Positions 38,207-45,991 of a DNA stretch of 64,000 nucleotides are shown here, one piece after another. The notes beneath the pieces were generated by a model. The model had not been told where the DNA came from, searched no databases, and saw only the letters and a program-made list of their open reading frames with translations. Positions within the stretch are counted from its first letter, which is position 1. The number at the start of each line of letters is the position of its first letter. The translations under genes and the position numbers were made by a program. This stretch comes from a virus, in IMG/VR virus record IMGVR_UViG_3300025084_000006, one strand, 5' to 3'.

Positions 38207-38309
38207 AGTAGTTCATCATCTTACTATCACGCTCTGCTAAGAATAGCAGGTAGCATGTGAGAGCAACAAAGGCAATAATGCCGCTGAGGAGATACTGGGT
38301 GATTTTCAT
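38175..38309 (-). CDS. Small single-pass membrane protein (44 aa, MKITQYLLSGIIAFVALTCYLLFLAERD...)
   Basis: Hand-translated; one transmembrane helix. Confidence 0.6.
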   Translation of the reverse strand: MKITQYLLSGIIAFVALTCYLLFLAERDSKMMNYYDSTIEQSAN

Positions 38310-38326
38310 AGTTAAAATTGATTAGG

Positions 38327-38358
38327 ATGAAGCGATTACCTCACCCTAATCGCTTCAT
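38327..38358. other. Perfect 12-bp intergenic stem-loop without a U-tract
   Basis: ATGAAGCGATTA-N8-TAATCGCTTCAT. Confidence 0.75.
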
Positions 38359-38361
38359 TGA

Positions 38362-38616
38362 TCAACCAACTGCCATTGGTGAATACTCGGAACGTGGCAT
38401 TTGGTCTACATTGTAACCAGTAACCTCAGCACCATTAGCAATGCGCTCAGACCACTCATTACGTGCTGTTAGTGCTGTGACTGTGCTGTAAGACTTCTGA
38501 CCATTAGAGTTGAAGGTGACGCGCTTCTGGAAACGCTTGACGATTGTGCCAGACTCTTCAGCAATGAATGCCTCAGGGAAGAAATCAACGGTGGTGACGA
38601 GTGTAGTGAGTTGCAT
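38362..38616 (-). CDS. Early hypothetical protein (84 aa)
   Basis: ORF with a promoter. Confidence 0.8.
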   Translation of the reverse strand: MQLTTLVTTVDFFPEAFIAEESGTIVKRFQKRVTFNSNGQKSYSTVTALTARNEWSERIANGAEVTGYNVDQMPRSEYSPMAVG

Positions 38617-38642
38617 GTGAGGTGTGTTCCTTTGACTCTCTT

Positions 38643-38699
38643 AATATACAGGGTTTTGGGGTGCTGTGCCACAATTGTGGACACTACACCGACTGGCAC
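38643..38699 (-). promoter_or_regulatory. Early promoter: box 38678-38699 plus TATATT -10
   Basis: TGGACACT-ACACCG-ACTGGCAC, 29 nt from the -10. Confidence 0.75.
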
Positions 38700-38884
38700 A
38701 TGTCCATGACTGAAACGACAGCACCTGTGGTATCCATAGATTGAAACCAAAAGGCACGTACCACTTCATAATCAGGGAATTGATATGATCTACCATCAGG
38801 AAATGATATCTGATAGTAATGTCTATCATATGGTGCATCACTAGTTTGTTCAAACCATTTGACTTTCTTAGACTTCTTAGACAT
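38684..38884 (-). CDS. Conserved cyanophage hypothetical protein (likely start MSKKSK; F.QTSD.PYDRH.Y motif)
   Basis: Motif; overlap with the upstream stop. Confidence 0.75.
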   Translation of the reverse strand: MSKKSKKVKWFEQTSDAPYDRHYYQISFPDGRSYQFPDYEVVRAFWFQSMDTTGAVVSVMDMCQSV

Positions 38885-39023
38885 CTTTCTTTTGTTTGTG
38901 TGGATTTTTGATTGGGAATGGTTTCTCAAATCCCCATTTCTTATTCTTTATCTTGTTTTCATGTCTAATAGCATTGATCATCTCTTCTCTGCTATTCCAA
39001 GGAGAGTTCTTATTAGTGTCCAT
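38877..39023 (-). CDS. Small hypothetical protein (48 aa, MDTNKNSPW...)
   Basis: Hand-translated; tiles the gap. Confidence 0.55.
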   Translation of the reverse strand: MDTNKNSPWNSREEMINAIRHENKIKNKKWGFEKPFPIKNPHKQKKDV

Positions 39024-39147
39024 GGTATCGATTGATCATGTTCCTTATCTTTTGTTCAATACGTGAGTGTTCCTCATCATTCTCTTCAGATTGAAGTGAT
39101 TCAAACACATCTAAGATGTACACAAGTTCTTCAGCAGTGAATTTCAT
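39013..39147 (-). CDS. Small hypothetical protein (44 aa, MKFTAEEL...)
   Basis: Hand-translated; tiles the gap. Confidence 0.55.
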   Translation of the reverse strand: MKFTAEELVYILDVFESLQSEENDEEHSRIEQKIRNMINRYHGH

Positions 39148-39148
39148 T

Positions 39149-39340
39149 TTACTTCCAACGTTTTGTTTTTAAATAATCTAGAACATCACCACGTACATCC
39201 ATTAATTCATGGTAGCACATCTGATTGTGAGCACACTGACGTAATGCAGGATCAGGTTTCAGTACAGATTCAATGAACAAATCAAGTCCACGATTCCATT
39301 TGTCTTGTTTACTTTCTTGATCGATGTTGTCAGGGTTCAT
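39149..39340 (-). CDS. Conserved cyanophage hypothetical protein (63 aa)
   Basis: KWNRGLDLFIESVLKPD..LRQCAHNQ.CY.ELM motif. Confidence 0.8.
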   Translation of the reverse strand: MNPDNIDQESKQDKWNRGLDLFIESVLKPDPALRQCAHNQMCYHELMDVRGDVLDYLKTKRWK

Positions 39341-39738
39341 GAGACTGCTTCCTGTAGTTTATATTGAAGTTTAGTCAGATTATATCGATTGATATATTTC
39401 TCTGCATGATCATAACACTGAAACCAACATACTTTCTTTTCTTTTCGATCTTCCAATCGCCAAGGGAATGTACCAAGATGTGGGAATAGTTTCAGATCTT
39501 TTGATCTGGTGTATTTAATGGAATCCGAAACCTTCGTCTTCGGACCAGAACTTGTTCCAGTCTTCTTCTGTTGCTTGACTGATGTTAACTTTTCTAGATT
39601 GCTCTCTAGAGTTTTCTGTACTGATTTTGATCGAGTTGTCTTCGTTGACTTCCCAGTTGACGATTGTACCTTCACCCCAGTTGAGTTTTTCGATGATCTC
39701 TTCGGGGATCTCGATGTAGAGTTCTTTTGTTGTGGCAT
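39337..39738 (-). CDS. Hypothetical protein with a K/S/T-rich N-terminus overprinted on the AbrB-like gene
   Basis: C-terminal FPWRL...KVCWFQC..H..KYI.RY domain; the nearest in-frame ATG (MPQQK) is at 39738. Confidence 0.6.
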   Translation of the reverse strand: MPQQKNSTSRSPKRSSKNSTGVKVQSSTGKSTKTTRSKSVQKTLESNLEKLTSVKQQKKTGTSSGPKTKVSDSIKYTRSKDLKLFPHLGTFPWRLEDRKEKKVCWFQCYDHAEKYINRYNLTKLQYKLQEAVS

Positions 39739-39766
39739 CTTCTTGGATTTCAATTGATATATCCAT
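39515..39766 (-). CDS. AbrB/MazE-like (SpoVT-AbrB) DNA-binding protein (83 aa)
   Basis: LYIEIPEEIIEKLNWGEGTIVNWEV...SIKI matches the swapped-hairpin pattern I.IP..I...L.W..GD.V. Confidence 0.7.
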   Translation of the reverse strand: MDISIEIQEDATTKELYIEIPEEIIEKLNWGEGTIVNWEVNEDNSIKISTENSREQSRKVNISQATEEDWNKFWSEDEGFGFH

Positions 39767-40430
39767 TTTCTCTCAACCACTCGCCTGTTTTGGGGGTGGG
39801 ATCATACACTTCCCACATATTGCCACCAGCACACGCTGCTAGGGCGTCCATAGTCATGTTCTCTGTTCTACCTGCCCATTGTGCTTCTGCCTCCCATGGG
39901 ACTGCTGCAGCAGGGTAGGTGCGCTCTACCATCACACGCCAGATCATAGGAACTTGATCTTCAGGTTTAATAATAGCAATCAAACTATTGTCAATACTAC
40001 CTGCCATACAATCTTGAGCAGCATGCCACCCTTCATGTCTCATCACCATCATTAGAGTAGCAGGATCACCCATGAAATCCTTATTCAGAAAGAAGTTATT
40101 GCTAACTGTATGGTAGACACCACGATGCATCGCGGGGAAATACTTCTCATCAGCAAGAAATACATTTACACCAATCTGATTGAGTGAGTGTAAGATGTTA
40201 TGAAACTCACCAGTGACACTAGTGAATGCTCCTGTGTTGTCATACTTAGATGAGATGTCAAGCATAGAGTATACTTTCTCTACACCATCCGTGCATTCAC
40301 CCAGTAGCATACAACCAAGAGAATCCATGGTCTTATATCCTTGGGTGATCTTACTATCATCAGCAAGAACATGTGGCGATGCACCTAAACTGAGTGTAGT
40401 TAAGAGTGCAAGTAGTGTTGAACGTAACAT
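39750..40430 (-). CDS. Secreted/periplasmic zincin-like (HExxH) protein (226 aa)
   Basis: N-terminal signal peptide; RHEGWHAAQDC and a downstream WEAEA. Confidence 0.75.
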   Translation of the reverse strand: MLRSTLLALLTTLSLGASPHVLADDSKITQGYKTMDSLGCMLLGECTDGVEKVYSMLDISSKYDNTGAFTSVTGEFHNILHSLNQIGVNVFLADEKYFPAMHRGVYHTVSNNFFLNKDFMGDPATLMMVMRHEGWHAAQDCMAGSIDNSLIAIIKPEDQVPMIWRVMVERTYPAAAVPWEAEAQWAGRTENMTMDALAACAGGNMWEVYDPTPKTGEWLRENGYIN

Positions 40431-40441
40431 AAAGGTGATTA

Positions 40442-40630
40442 TTAAGTGTTGGTGCTGTCTGCTGCATTGTCTGCTACAAGGTGAGACAGACGTTTTTCTA
40501 AATCAACATCATTGATGCCGTACTTAAATGCCATTGCTTGTGAATCGTGGCGCGTATGTCCCCACATACAATCAATGAGAAATTGAATCTCATTGACAGA
40601 TAGGGTTATATTGATTTGATCAGTATTCAC
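40442..40630 (-). CDS. Small hypothetical protein (likely GTG start)
   Basis: Track ORF trimmed to avoid a long overlap. Confidence 0.6.
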   Translation of the reverse strand: MNTDQINITLSVNEIQFLIDCMWGHTRHDSQAMAFKYGINDVDLEKRLSHLVADNAADSTNT

Positions 40631-40763
40631 TGAGGAGGTCTTCTGGGAGGAGTTCATAGATTTCATTACTGGGCAGGTAATATTCTGCCATATGTAGTGC
40701 TTTCATACGCTCATCATACTCCAGTACTTCAGCGTAGTCAATGTCAAGGACAGAATTGTTCAT
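40620..40763 (-). CDS. Small acidic hypothetical protein (47 aa, MNNSVLDIDY...)
   Basis: Hand-translated; ATGA overlap with the MTase stop. Confidence 0.55.
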   Translation of the reverse strand: MNNSVLDIDYAEVLEYDERMKALHMAEYYLPSNEIYELLPEDLLSEY

Positions 40764-41647
40764 CGTTTGATAATAAGGATTTCGTGTGATTCTTTGGTGT
40801 GGTCGGTTTTGTTGGCGATACGATTGTCACCAATACGTGTCTCACCTAGTTGGTAAGAGTAGTGCCACTCAGGATAGTGTAACTCGAAGTCACCATACCA
40901 CTCGCGAATGGTCTCACAATTATTGTATGAGAGAATGAATGGACCTTTGTGCGAGTGGAGCAGGTCTCTCAGTATAGCATGATCGAACCCAGTGTGGTGG
41001 ACATCAATGTTACAATTTGGATACATGCCCTTGAGCATCTTGTTATCCTTATCTTTCTTGAGATAATATGGTGGGTCAAGATACAAGAAGTCAGTATCAT
41101 ATGAAGTTATGACATCTTCAAATGATGACTGGTACACACTGAGATTCGGATTCTTGTAGTTACGAATCTTCTTGATCATAGTGTCCCACTTCTTCTGATC
41201 TTGGTAGATCTTACTCATCCACCCCAGATACATCGGACCATAGGATAGATTGTGGTTGTAATAGTAATATGCTGCGGCAGTGATGTTATCAAGACGGATT
41301 GGATCACGCTTGTAATACTCTGTCTTCCAGTCTTTGAGCATTTCCTGAGTGTAATCCCAGCAAATTAGTTGCTCTTTGATCTCAGCATACTTCTCTTTGG
41401 TTGGTTCGATGAGTTGTAGAGCGTCTGCTAGTTCATCTGGTTGGTTTAATAGAACTACCCAGAAGTTTACTAGCGCAGGAAATACATCCCAACCAATGAC
41501 ATTCTTACCCAATTCACCTGCCCAACGCGATTCTAGTGAACCACCACCAATGAATGGTGACACAATACGATCTGTCTCAGGCAATTGCTGCGTGATGATC
41601 TTGTATGCTTTACTTTTACCGCCAGCATAGCGAATAGGTGTCTTCAT
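40760..41647 (-). CDS. DNA N6-adenine methyltransferase (alpha/D12 class, Dam-like)
   Basis: PIRYAGGKSK, SPFIGGGS (SAM-binding motif I), FLYLDPPY (motif IV), FILSYN, EILI. Confidence 0.92.
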   Translation of the reverse strand: MKTPIRYAGGKSKAYKIITQQLPETDRIVSPFIGGGSLESRWAGELGKNVIGWDVFPALVNFWVVLLNQPDELADALQLIEPTKEKYAEIKEQLICWDYTQEMLKDWKTEYYKRDPIRLDNITAAAYYYYNHNLSYGPMYLGWMSKIYQDQKKWDTMIKKIRNYKNPNLSVYQSSFEDVITSYDTDFLYLDPPYYLKKDKDNKMLKGMYPNCNIDVHHTGFDHAILRDLLHSHKGPFILSYNNCETIREWYGDFELHYPEWHYSYQLGETRIGDNRIANKTDHTKESHEILIIKR

Positions 41648-42210
41648 TTAGTCTTACGATCGATTTTGTACTGACCGAACGCTTCATGAATGGAATCAGG
41701 AAGAGAAACGCCAGTCTCTTGATAGTTCCACTTAGGATAGCATCCTTCAATGGTATTATACTCCATCAAGCAGTTTTCTTCAATACCTTTGGCACTGACA
41801 GGAACACTCACTTGCTGAGACTTGAACAAACCAGGAACTTCAACTACAATGGGTTCCATGTAAATCATGTAAACCTCAACTTTGTTGCCCTTGTTCAGTT
41901 CTTCACGCATGAACCAGTTAATGGCAAAGCGATTGATGCCAGGGTCATCTTGACCAGCATTGAGATAGAAACCCATGCAACCTTGAATGCCACTCTTGGT
42001 AGAAGATTGACCAATCTTGTAGATCTCTCCATCTACACACAGAATGTACACAAGAGACACATGCTTGCTCTTCAGTTTCTTAGGAAAACTGGTATCATAG
42101 TTCATCACAAGTTTGGTCTTGTAAAGAACATGCTTGGGACCAGAGTAAGCAGCAGTGCCGTGAGAAATCTCACCAACACGAATGGCGTTAGGAACGTCAG
42201 TGATGTGCAT
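41644..42210 (-). CDS. GIY-YIG-family endonuclease, Hpy188I-like type II restriction enzyme candidate (likely start MHITD, 188 aa)
   Basis: LVYILCVDGEIYKIGQS (GIY-YIG variant), IEE helix, YPKWN; ATGA-coupled to the MTase. Confidence 0.65.
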   Translation of the reverse strand: MHITDVPNAIRVGEISHGTAAYSGPKHVLYKTKLVMNYDTSFPKKLKSKHVSLVYILCVDGEIYKIGQSSTKSGIQGCMGFYLNAGQDDPGINRFAINWFMREELNKGNKVEVYMIYMEPIVVEVPGLFKSQQVSVPVSAKGIEENCLMEYNTIEGCYPKWNYQETGVSLPDSIHEAFGQYKIDRKTK

Positions 42211-42231
42211 GATGTGTGTCTCAATACAAGT

Positions 42232-42289
42232 AGTATGACATAAAAAAGGGAGGGTGTCAACCCTCCCCAACCAGTTCATCAAGTGTCAC
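42232..42289 (-). promoter_or_regulatory. Early promoter: box 42268-42289 plus TTGACA-N17-CATACT
   Basis: CAACCAGT-TCATCA-AGTGTCAC, 30 nt from the -10. Confidence 0.8.
42242..42267 (-). terminator. Rho-independent terminator whose loop is the -35 hexamer TTGACA
   Basis: GGGAGGG-TTGACA-CCCTCCC-TTTTTT. Confidence 0.8.
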
Positions 42290-42452
42290 CAAAGATGGGG
42301 ACGATGTTAGTCTTTACATGTATTGTCATGTTGATATGTTGTTCCCACTTAGTTGCGTCTTCTAGGTTGTAGAAGACTGCTTCTTGGCGCGATAACGCTT
42401 TGCCCATCGCTTTCTTGTCCTTGTTCTTGTTGTAAACAACTGCGTACTTCAT
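42279..42452 (-). CDS. Small conserved cyanophage protein (57 aa, MKYAVVY...Q.A.FY..EDA..WE.H)
   Basis: Hand-translated; stops just before the terminator. Confidence 0.65.
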   Translation of the reverse strand: MKYAVVYNKNKDKKAMGKALSRQEAVFYNLEDATKWEQHINMTIHVKTNIVPIFGDT

Positions 42453-42615
42453 GCCAAAATTCAGAATAAACGATCAGGTTGACTTGATAACGACCCCAAC
42501 GACAACTAGCGTCGGGGCGATCAATGAAACAAATACTAATGTATCTGTCACAAATAAACGAAATGTAGCCCGAGTTCTGTCGGTATGCTACTGGTTGGAG
42601 CAATTCAAACGTCAT
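42349..42615 (-). CDS. Hypothetical protein (likely start MTFELLQ)
   Basis: G.ISFIC..YISIC..V.LIVY..W motif. Confidence 0.65.
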   Translation of the reverse strand: MTFELLQPVAYRQNSGYISFICDRYISICFIDRPDASCRWGRYQVNLIVYSEFWHEVRSCLQQEQGQESDGQSVIAPRSSLLQPRRRN

Positions 42616-42778
42616 ACTCTCTGTTTTGCATGTCACTCATTTGGGTCTGTAGTTCGATAACGTAGCAATCTAGAGATTTTAGTTTGCTTTCTAATTGCTT
42701 GTTACGATCTTGGAGATCTTTAACCAAGTCTTTTACTTCATCGGTTAGTGCATCTGCCGCGTCTTGATTGTGTGCCAT
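42605..42778 (-). CDS. Small coiled-coil protein (57 aa, MAHNQDAA...)
   Basis: Hand-translated; heptad pattern. Confidence 0.6.
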   Translation of the reverse strand: MAHNQDAADALTDEVKDLVKDLQDRNKQLESKLKSLDCYVIELQTQMSDMQNREYDV

Positions 42779-42789
42779 GTAAATTTGAC

Positions 42790-43041
42790 TTAGAATGATG
42801 TCTTATTTAATTGCTTTAGAGTTTCAGTTGCTTCATCTGCGGTAGATTGAAGTCCTGATTGTGTGAGATCAATAACAGGAGCACCCCCATTACCGAACCC
42901 ATTACCTCTAGTCATGTCTCTCTTGATAGCACGAAGATCACGGAGACGGCGTTTTAAACGTCGTAGTTCATCATCATCGTACAAGTGAGGACTTTCGAGA
43001 GCAGTCTTCACGTATTTAATCTCTTTTTGTGGTGTCCACAT
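42790..43041 (-). CDS. Hypothetical protein (83 aa)
   Basis: ORF tiling the operon. Confidence 0.75.
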   Translation of the reverse strand: MWTPQKEIKYVKTALESPHLYDDDELRRLKRRLRDLRAIKRDMTRGNGFGNGGAPVIDLTQSGLQSTADEATETLKQLNKTSF

Positions 43042-43042
43042 G

Positions 43043-43372
43043 TCAATAACGTTCGGGTATTTCGGTATACTTTATTTCACAATCTTTCTTTGCTTTCAAG
43101 AACTCATGGCGTCCAAGATCAGAACTGATGTTGTCAATACACTCAGCAAGATTGTCGATGTTGTCAATTTCTCTGTAACCACACATCAGCATTTTGAGTT
43201 GACGTGCTTTCTCAAGATGTTTTTCATGATACTGCATCCAGTCATCGATGACGCATAGCATTTCTTCGTATGCACGTCTTGCATCTACAGCATCATCATT
43301 TAGATAATCTGCAATGGCATCATCAAGTCGTAATTTACGACTATGTTCAAAGGAGGGCGTGGTCTCGGTCAT
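43043..43372 (-). CDS. Hypothetical protein (109 aa)
   Basis: ORF downstream of a consensus promoter. Confidence 0.75.
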   Translation of the reverse strand: MTETTPSFEHSRKLRLDDAIADYLNDDAVDARRAYEEMLCVIDDWMQYHEKHLEKARQLKMLMCGYREIDNIDNLAECIDNISSDLGRHEFLKAKKDCEIKYTEIPERY

Positions 43373-43416
43373 TAGATTGCGTGAGAGGGGTCTATAAGGC
43401 GTTGTGAGGCGTCTCC

Positions 43417-43445
43417 AGTATATATCACGTGGTTTGGTTTGTCAA
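43417..43445 (-). promoter_or_regulatory. Consensus sigma70 promoter TTGACA-N17-TATACT
   Basis: Direct reading; the -35 overlaps the helicase stop codon. Confidence 0.85.
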
Positions 43446-44683
43446 GCGACTACAGACGTGGCAGGGAGACCTTCTACGAAAATGGTGTTGACGATGTGCT
43501 GAAGACGTTTGATTGTCTTGGCACCATAGTTCTTGAATACAGGCACTGTCACATAACCAGTGGATTTACGATAGAGTCCAACAGCACCAGCAGGGATCTT
43601 GCCGTTAGCAATATCAGCAGCATCATCCTTGTTCATACGGATAACACGACCGATGGTCTGTGCCATCTCAATGATGTCAAGATTGCGAAGCATGATAGTA
43701 TTGGTAAGACCATGCACATTGATGCCTTCAGACAGAATGCTGTAGTGAAAGATGACAAACTTCTTGCTTGGATCTTTGCCCCAAGCATCAAATGTGTTGA
43801 AGAACTCTTGACGATTGACTTTAGTCTTGTTTACATAAGCACCATACTTGCTGGTGATGTGGAGGACATTGTAACCACGTTCCTTGAGATCGTGGAGAAT
43901 GCTGGTCTTGAATAGTAGAGCACCCATGATCTTGCTGGCAGGTGCTGCTACAAGGATCTTGCTTGCCTTGTCAGCAGGCAGAGAGTCCACGATGTCTAGA
44001 AGCATGGTACGATCGCCTACAGAGGCATCAGCACCCTTCTCACGAATGATATCCATTTCATAAGGTACTACAGTTGGAGCAAGGATGCTACCACTTGCGA
44101 TCAGTTCGGGAGCTGGCACATTGCACAACACATATCCAAAGACTTCGGTATTATTCATACCACGTTCAGTCTTACGAGTATGCTTGGGTGTTGCAGTAAA
44201 GAAGTATGATGCTTTGCTACTCAGACTAGCAGCAGCAACACCAACAAAATGGTTGCGCTGAACTGCATTGTGTGCTTCATCAAAGTAGCAGCAATCGATG
44301 TCGATACCAGAATCAATGATACGTCCGAGTGAGTGATATGTGGTGAAGATGATTACATGCTCACCAACATGGTGACACATGCGAGTGAATAGGTTGATAC
44401 GATCAGACTTAGTAGTACTGAAGTGTTTTGTCTCTCCACTATGAACATGAAGAACATTAGCATTGGTGATGCATTCAAGATATTCCGCACTCAGTTGCGT
44501 TGCAAGCATGATACGAGGAGCAACAACAACAATAGTTTGCGGAGTCTTTGCGGAACTAAGACGCTTTACAGCATCCATGATAGCAATGAGAGTCTTGCCA
44601 CCACCAGTAGGCACAATGATTTGACCTTTGTCATCCATGTCCATCGCGTCGAGAGCACGTTGCTGATGGGGACGGAGTTGCAT
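43442..44683 (-). CDS. SF2 DEAH-box (ResIII-like) helicase
   Basis: LRPHQ, PTGGGKT, TTYHS, FDEAH, FTATP, LSEGIN, QTIGRVIR. Confidence 0.92.
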   Translation of the reverse strand: MQLRPHQQRALDAMDMDDKGQIIVPTGGGKTLIAIMDAVKRLSSAKTPQTIVVVAPRIMLATQLSAEYLECITNANVLHVHSGETKHFSTTKSDRINLFTRMCHHVGEHVIIFTTYHSLGRIIDSGIDIDCCYFDEAHNAVQRNHFVGVAAASLSSKASYFFTATPKHTRKTERGMNNTEVFGYVLCNVPAPELIASGSILAPTVVPYEMDIIREKGADASVGDRTMLLDIVDSLPADKASKILVAAPASKIMGALLFKTSILHDLKERGYNVLHITSKYGAYVNKTKVNRQEFFNTFDAWGKDPSKKFVIFHYSILSEGINVHGLTNTIMLRNLDIIEMAQTIGRVIRMNKDDAADIANGKIPAGAVGLYRKSTGYVTVPVFKNYGAKTIKRLQHIVNTIFVEGLPATSVVA

Positions 44684-44709
44684 CGGGTCTGTCTTGCGTT
44701 GATGCCATT

Positions 44710-44765
44710 ATTATAGCAGATCAACGCACCCTTGTCTAGTCAGTGGACACTACAGCAACTGGTCA
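44710..44765 (-). promoter_or_regulatory. First early promoter: box 44744-44765 plus TAGACA-N17-TATAAT
   Basis: TGGACACT-ACAGCA-ACTGGTCA, 28 nt from the -10; marks the late/early boundary. Confidence 0.8.
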
Positions 44766-45638
44766 TGGTCTCCATGAGACAAAATCTTTTGCTTCTCTCT
44801 TATATACTAGTATATCAATGAGGTTGTAATCGCCATCAAATTCAAATGAGAAGTCAATTTCTTGCTCATCATGATCAAACAGAGATTTACACCACGCAGC
44901 ATCTTCATCATTCATCATAGCATAACGTGACACCATAAGATCGATCCATAGATCTCTGCTTTGAATCTTAGTCCACTTCTTCTTACTATGCTTAAACTCT
45001 AGGATTCTATCACCAGTTGGATCTTTGGGTAGTGTATATGGTCTTGTAGTGTATCCACGATGAGTATGAACAATCAATCCACTATCACCTTTAGTGTGCT
45101 CAAATGTGACCTTACATGATATTCTATCCGCCAAACTCTTCATGAATACACCGAGTTGTGTATCCTTATGTGCTGGATCTAAGACTCTTGGTGATGTGTT
45201 CAACCCAGTAATATTACCATCTACATCCATATGCATTTCACTGATACCAACATTGATAGGACCAGGAATATCAAACAGAGCAACAATTTTCTCTCTAATA
45301 TCACGATTCAGGTCTAATACAGCAACTGCATTCTCCCACTCGCTGGGATCAACAATGGATGATATCAATACACCACATGTAGCAGAGATCTTCTCAATAG
45401 TATCGTTATAACATATATCAATGTACTTTGTCATACTATTTGATACTTCTAATCCTTTAGAAATATAGTCAAAGTTCAATACATCAATAAGTTGACTCTT
45501 AGCAGAATCAGTAAATATTTCATCATAAGAATCTGAAGCAATTGATGTACATACTGCCCACATTGATGCAGTTGTATATTGAATTTCTTTAGTACTAAGT
45601 CTATAAACCTTAGATACGTCTAGTTCTTCTGAAAACAT
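44763..45638 (-). CDS. Hypothetical protein (291 aa)
   Basis: ORF, TAATG-coupled to the upstream gene. Confidence 0.75.
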   Translation of the reverse strand: MFSEELDVSKVYRLSTKEIQYTTASMWAVCTSIASDSYDEIFTDSAKSQLIDVLNFDYISKGLEVSNSMTKYIDICYNDTIEKISATCGVLISSIVDPSEWENAVAVLDLNRDIREKIVALFDIPGPINVGISEMHMDVDGNITGLNTSPRVLDPAHKDTQLGVFMKSLADRISCKVTFEHTKGDSGLIVHTHRGYTTRPYTLPKDPTGDRILEFKHSKKKWTKIQSRDLWIDLMVSRYAMMNDEDAAWCKSLFDHDEQEIDFSFEFDGDYNLIDILVYKREAKDFVSWRP

Positions 45639-45991
45639 TATTCGTTATCCGCCAGCAACTGACCTTGAGGATTATACACCGCATAGAAAATGTAATCTTC
45701 TGGTCTAGAACATGCTTCCTGACTTGATGGGAAGAGATCTTCACAATATTCTAATGCTTCTTCTGTATTATCACATACAATGAACACATATTCAGACTGA
45801 TCTAAACCTGTCCACACATCAAGTTCCATTCTTGTTTTGTACAAGTTTCTCGATGCATTGATTGCATCTACATCACTACTACTATTCCACCCAGTAGAAC
45901 GCAGAAAGATAATAGTCTTCTCTTGCATCTTTGCAGACGCACCGATGAAGTCTTGTAGATAATCAATAGTATAGTTTGCGTGTAGCTCCAT
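45638..45991 (-). CDS. Conserved cyanophage hypothetical protein (117 aa)
   Basis: ORF in the operon. Confidence 0.75.
   Translation of the reverse strand: MELHANYTIDYLQDFIGASAKMQEKTIIFLRSTGWNSSSDVDAINASRNLYKTRMELDVWTGLDQSEYVFIVCDNTEEALEYCEDLFPSSQEACSRPEDYIFYAVYNPQGQLLADNE

Noticed and set aside
40760-44683. Type III R-M system from the ResIII-like helicase plus the MTase
   Set aside because: The helicase has no evident nuclease domain and is separated by several genes, promoters and a terminator; the MTase is alpha-class and coupled to a different nuclease
33018-44765. CRISPR-like array made of the palindromic boxes
   Set aside because: Copies are degenerate, hundreds to thousands of bases apart, separated by genes and tied to -10 elements; there are no cas genes
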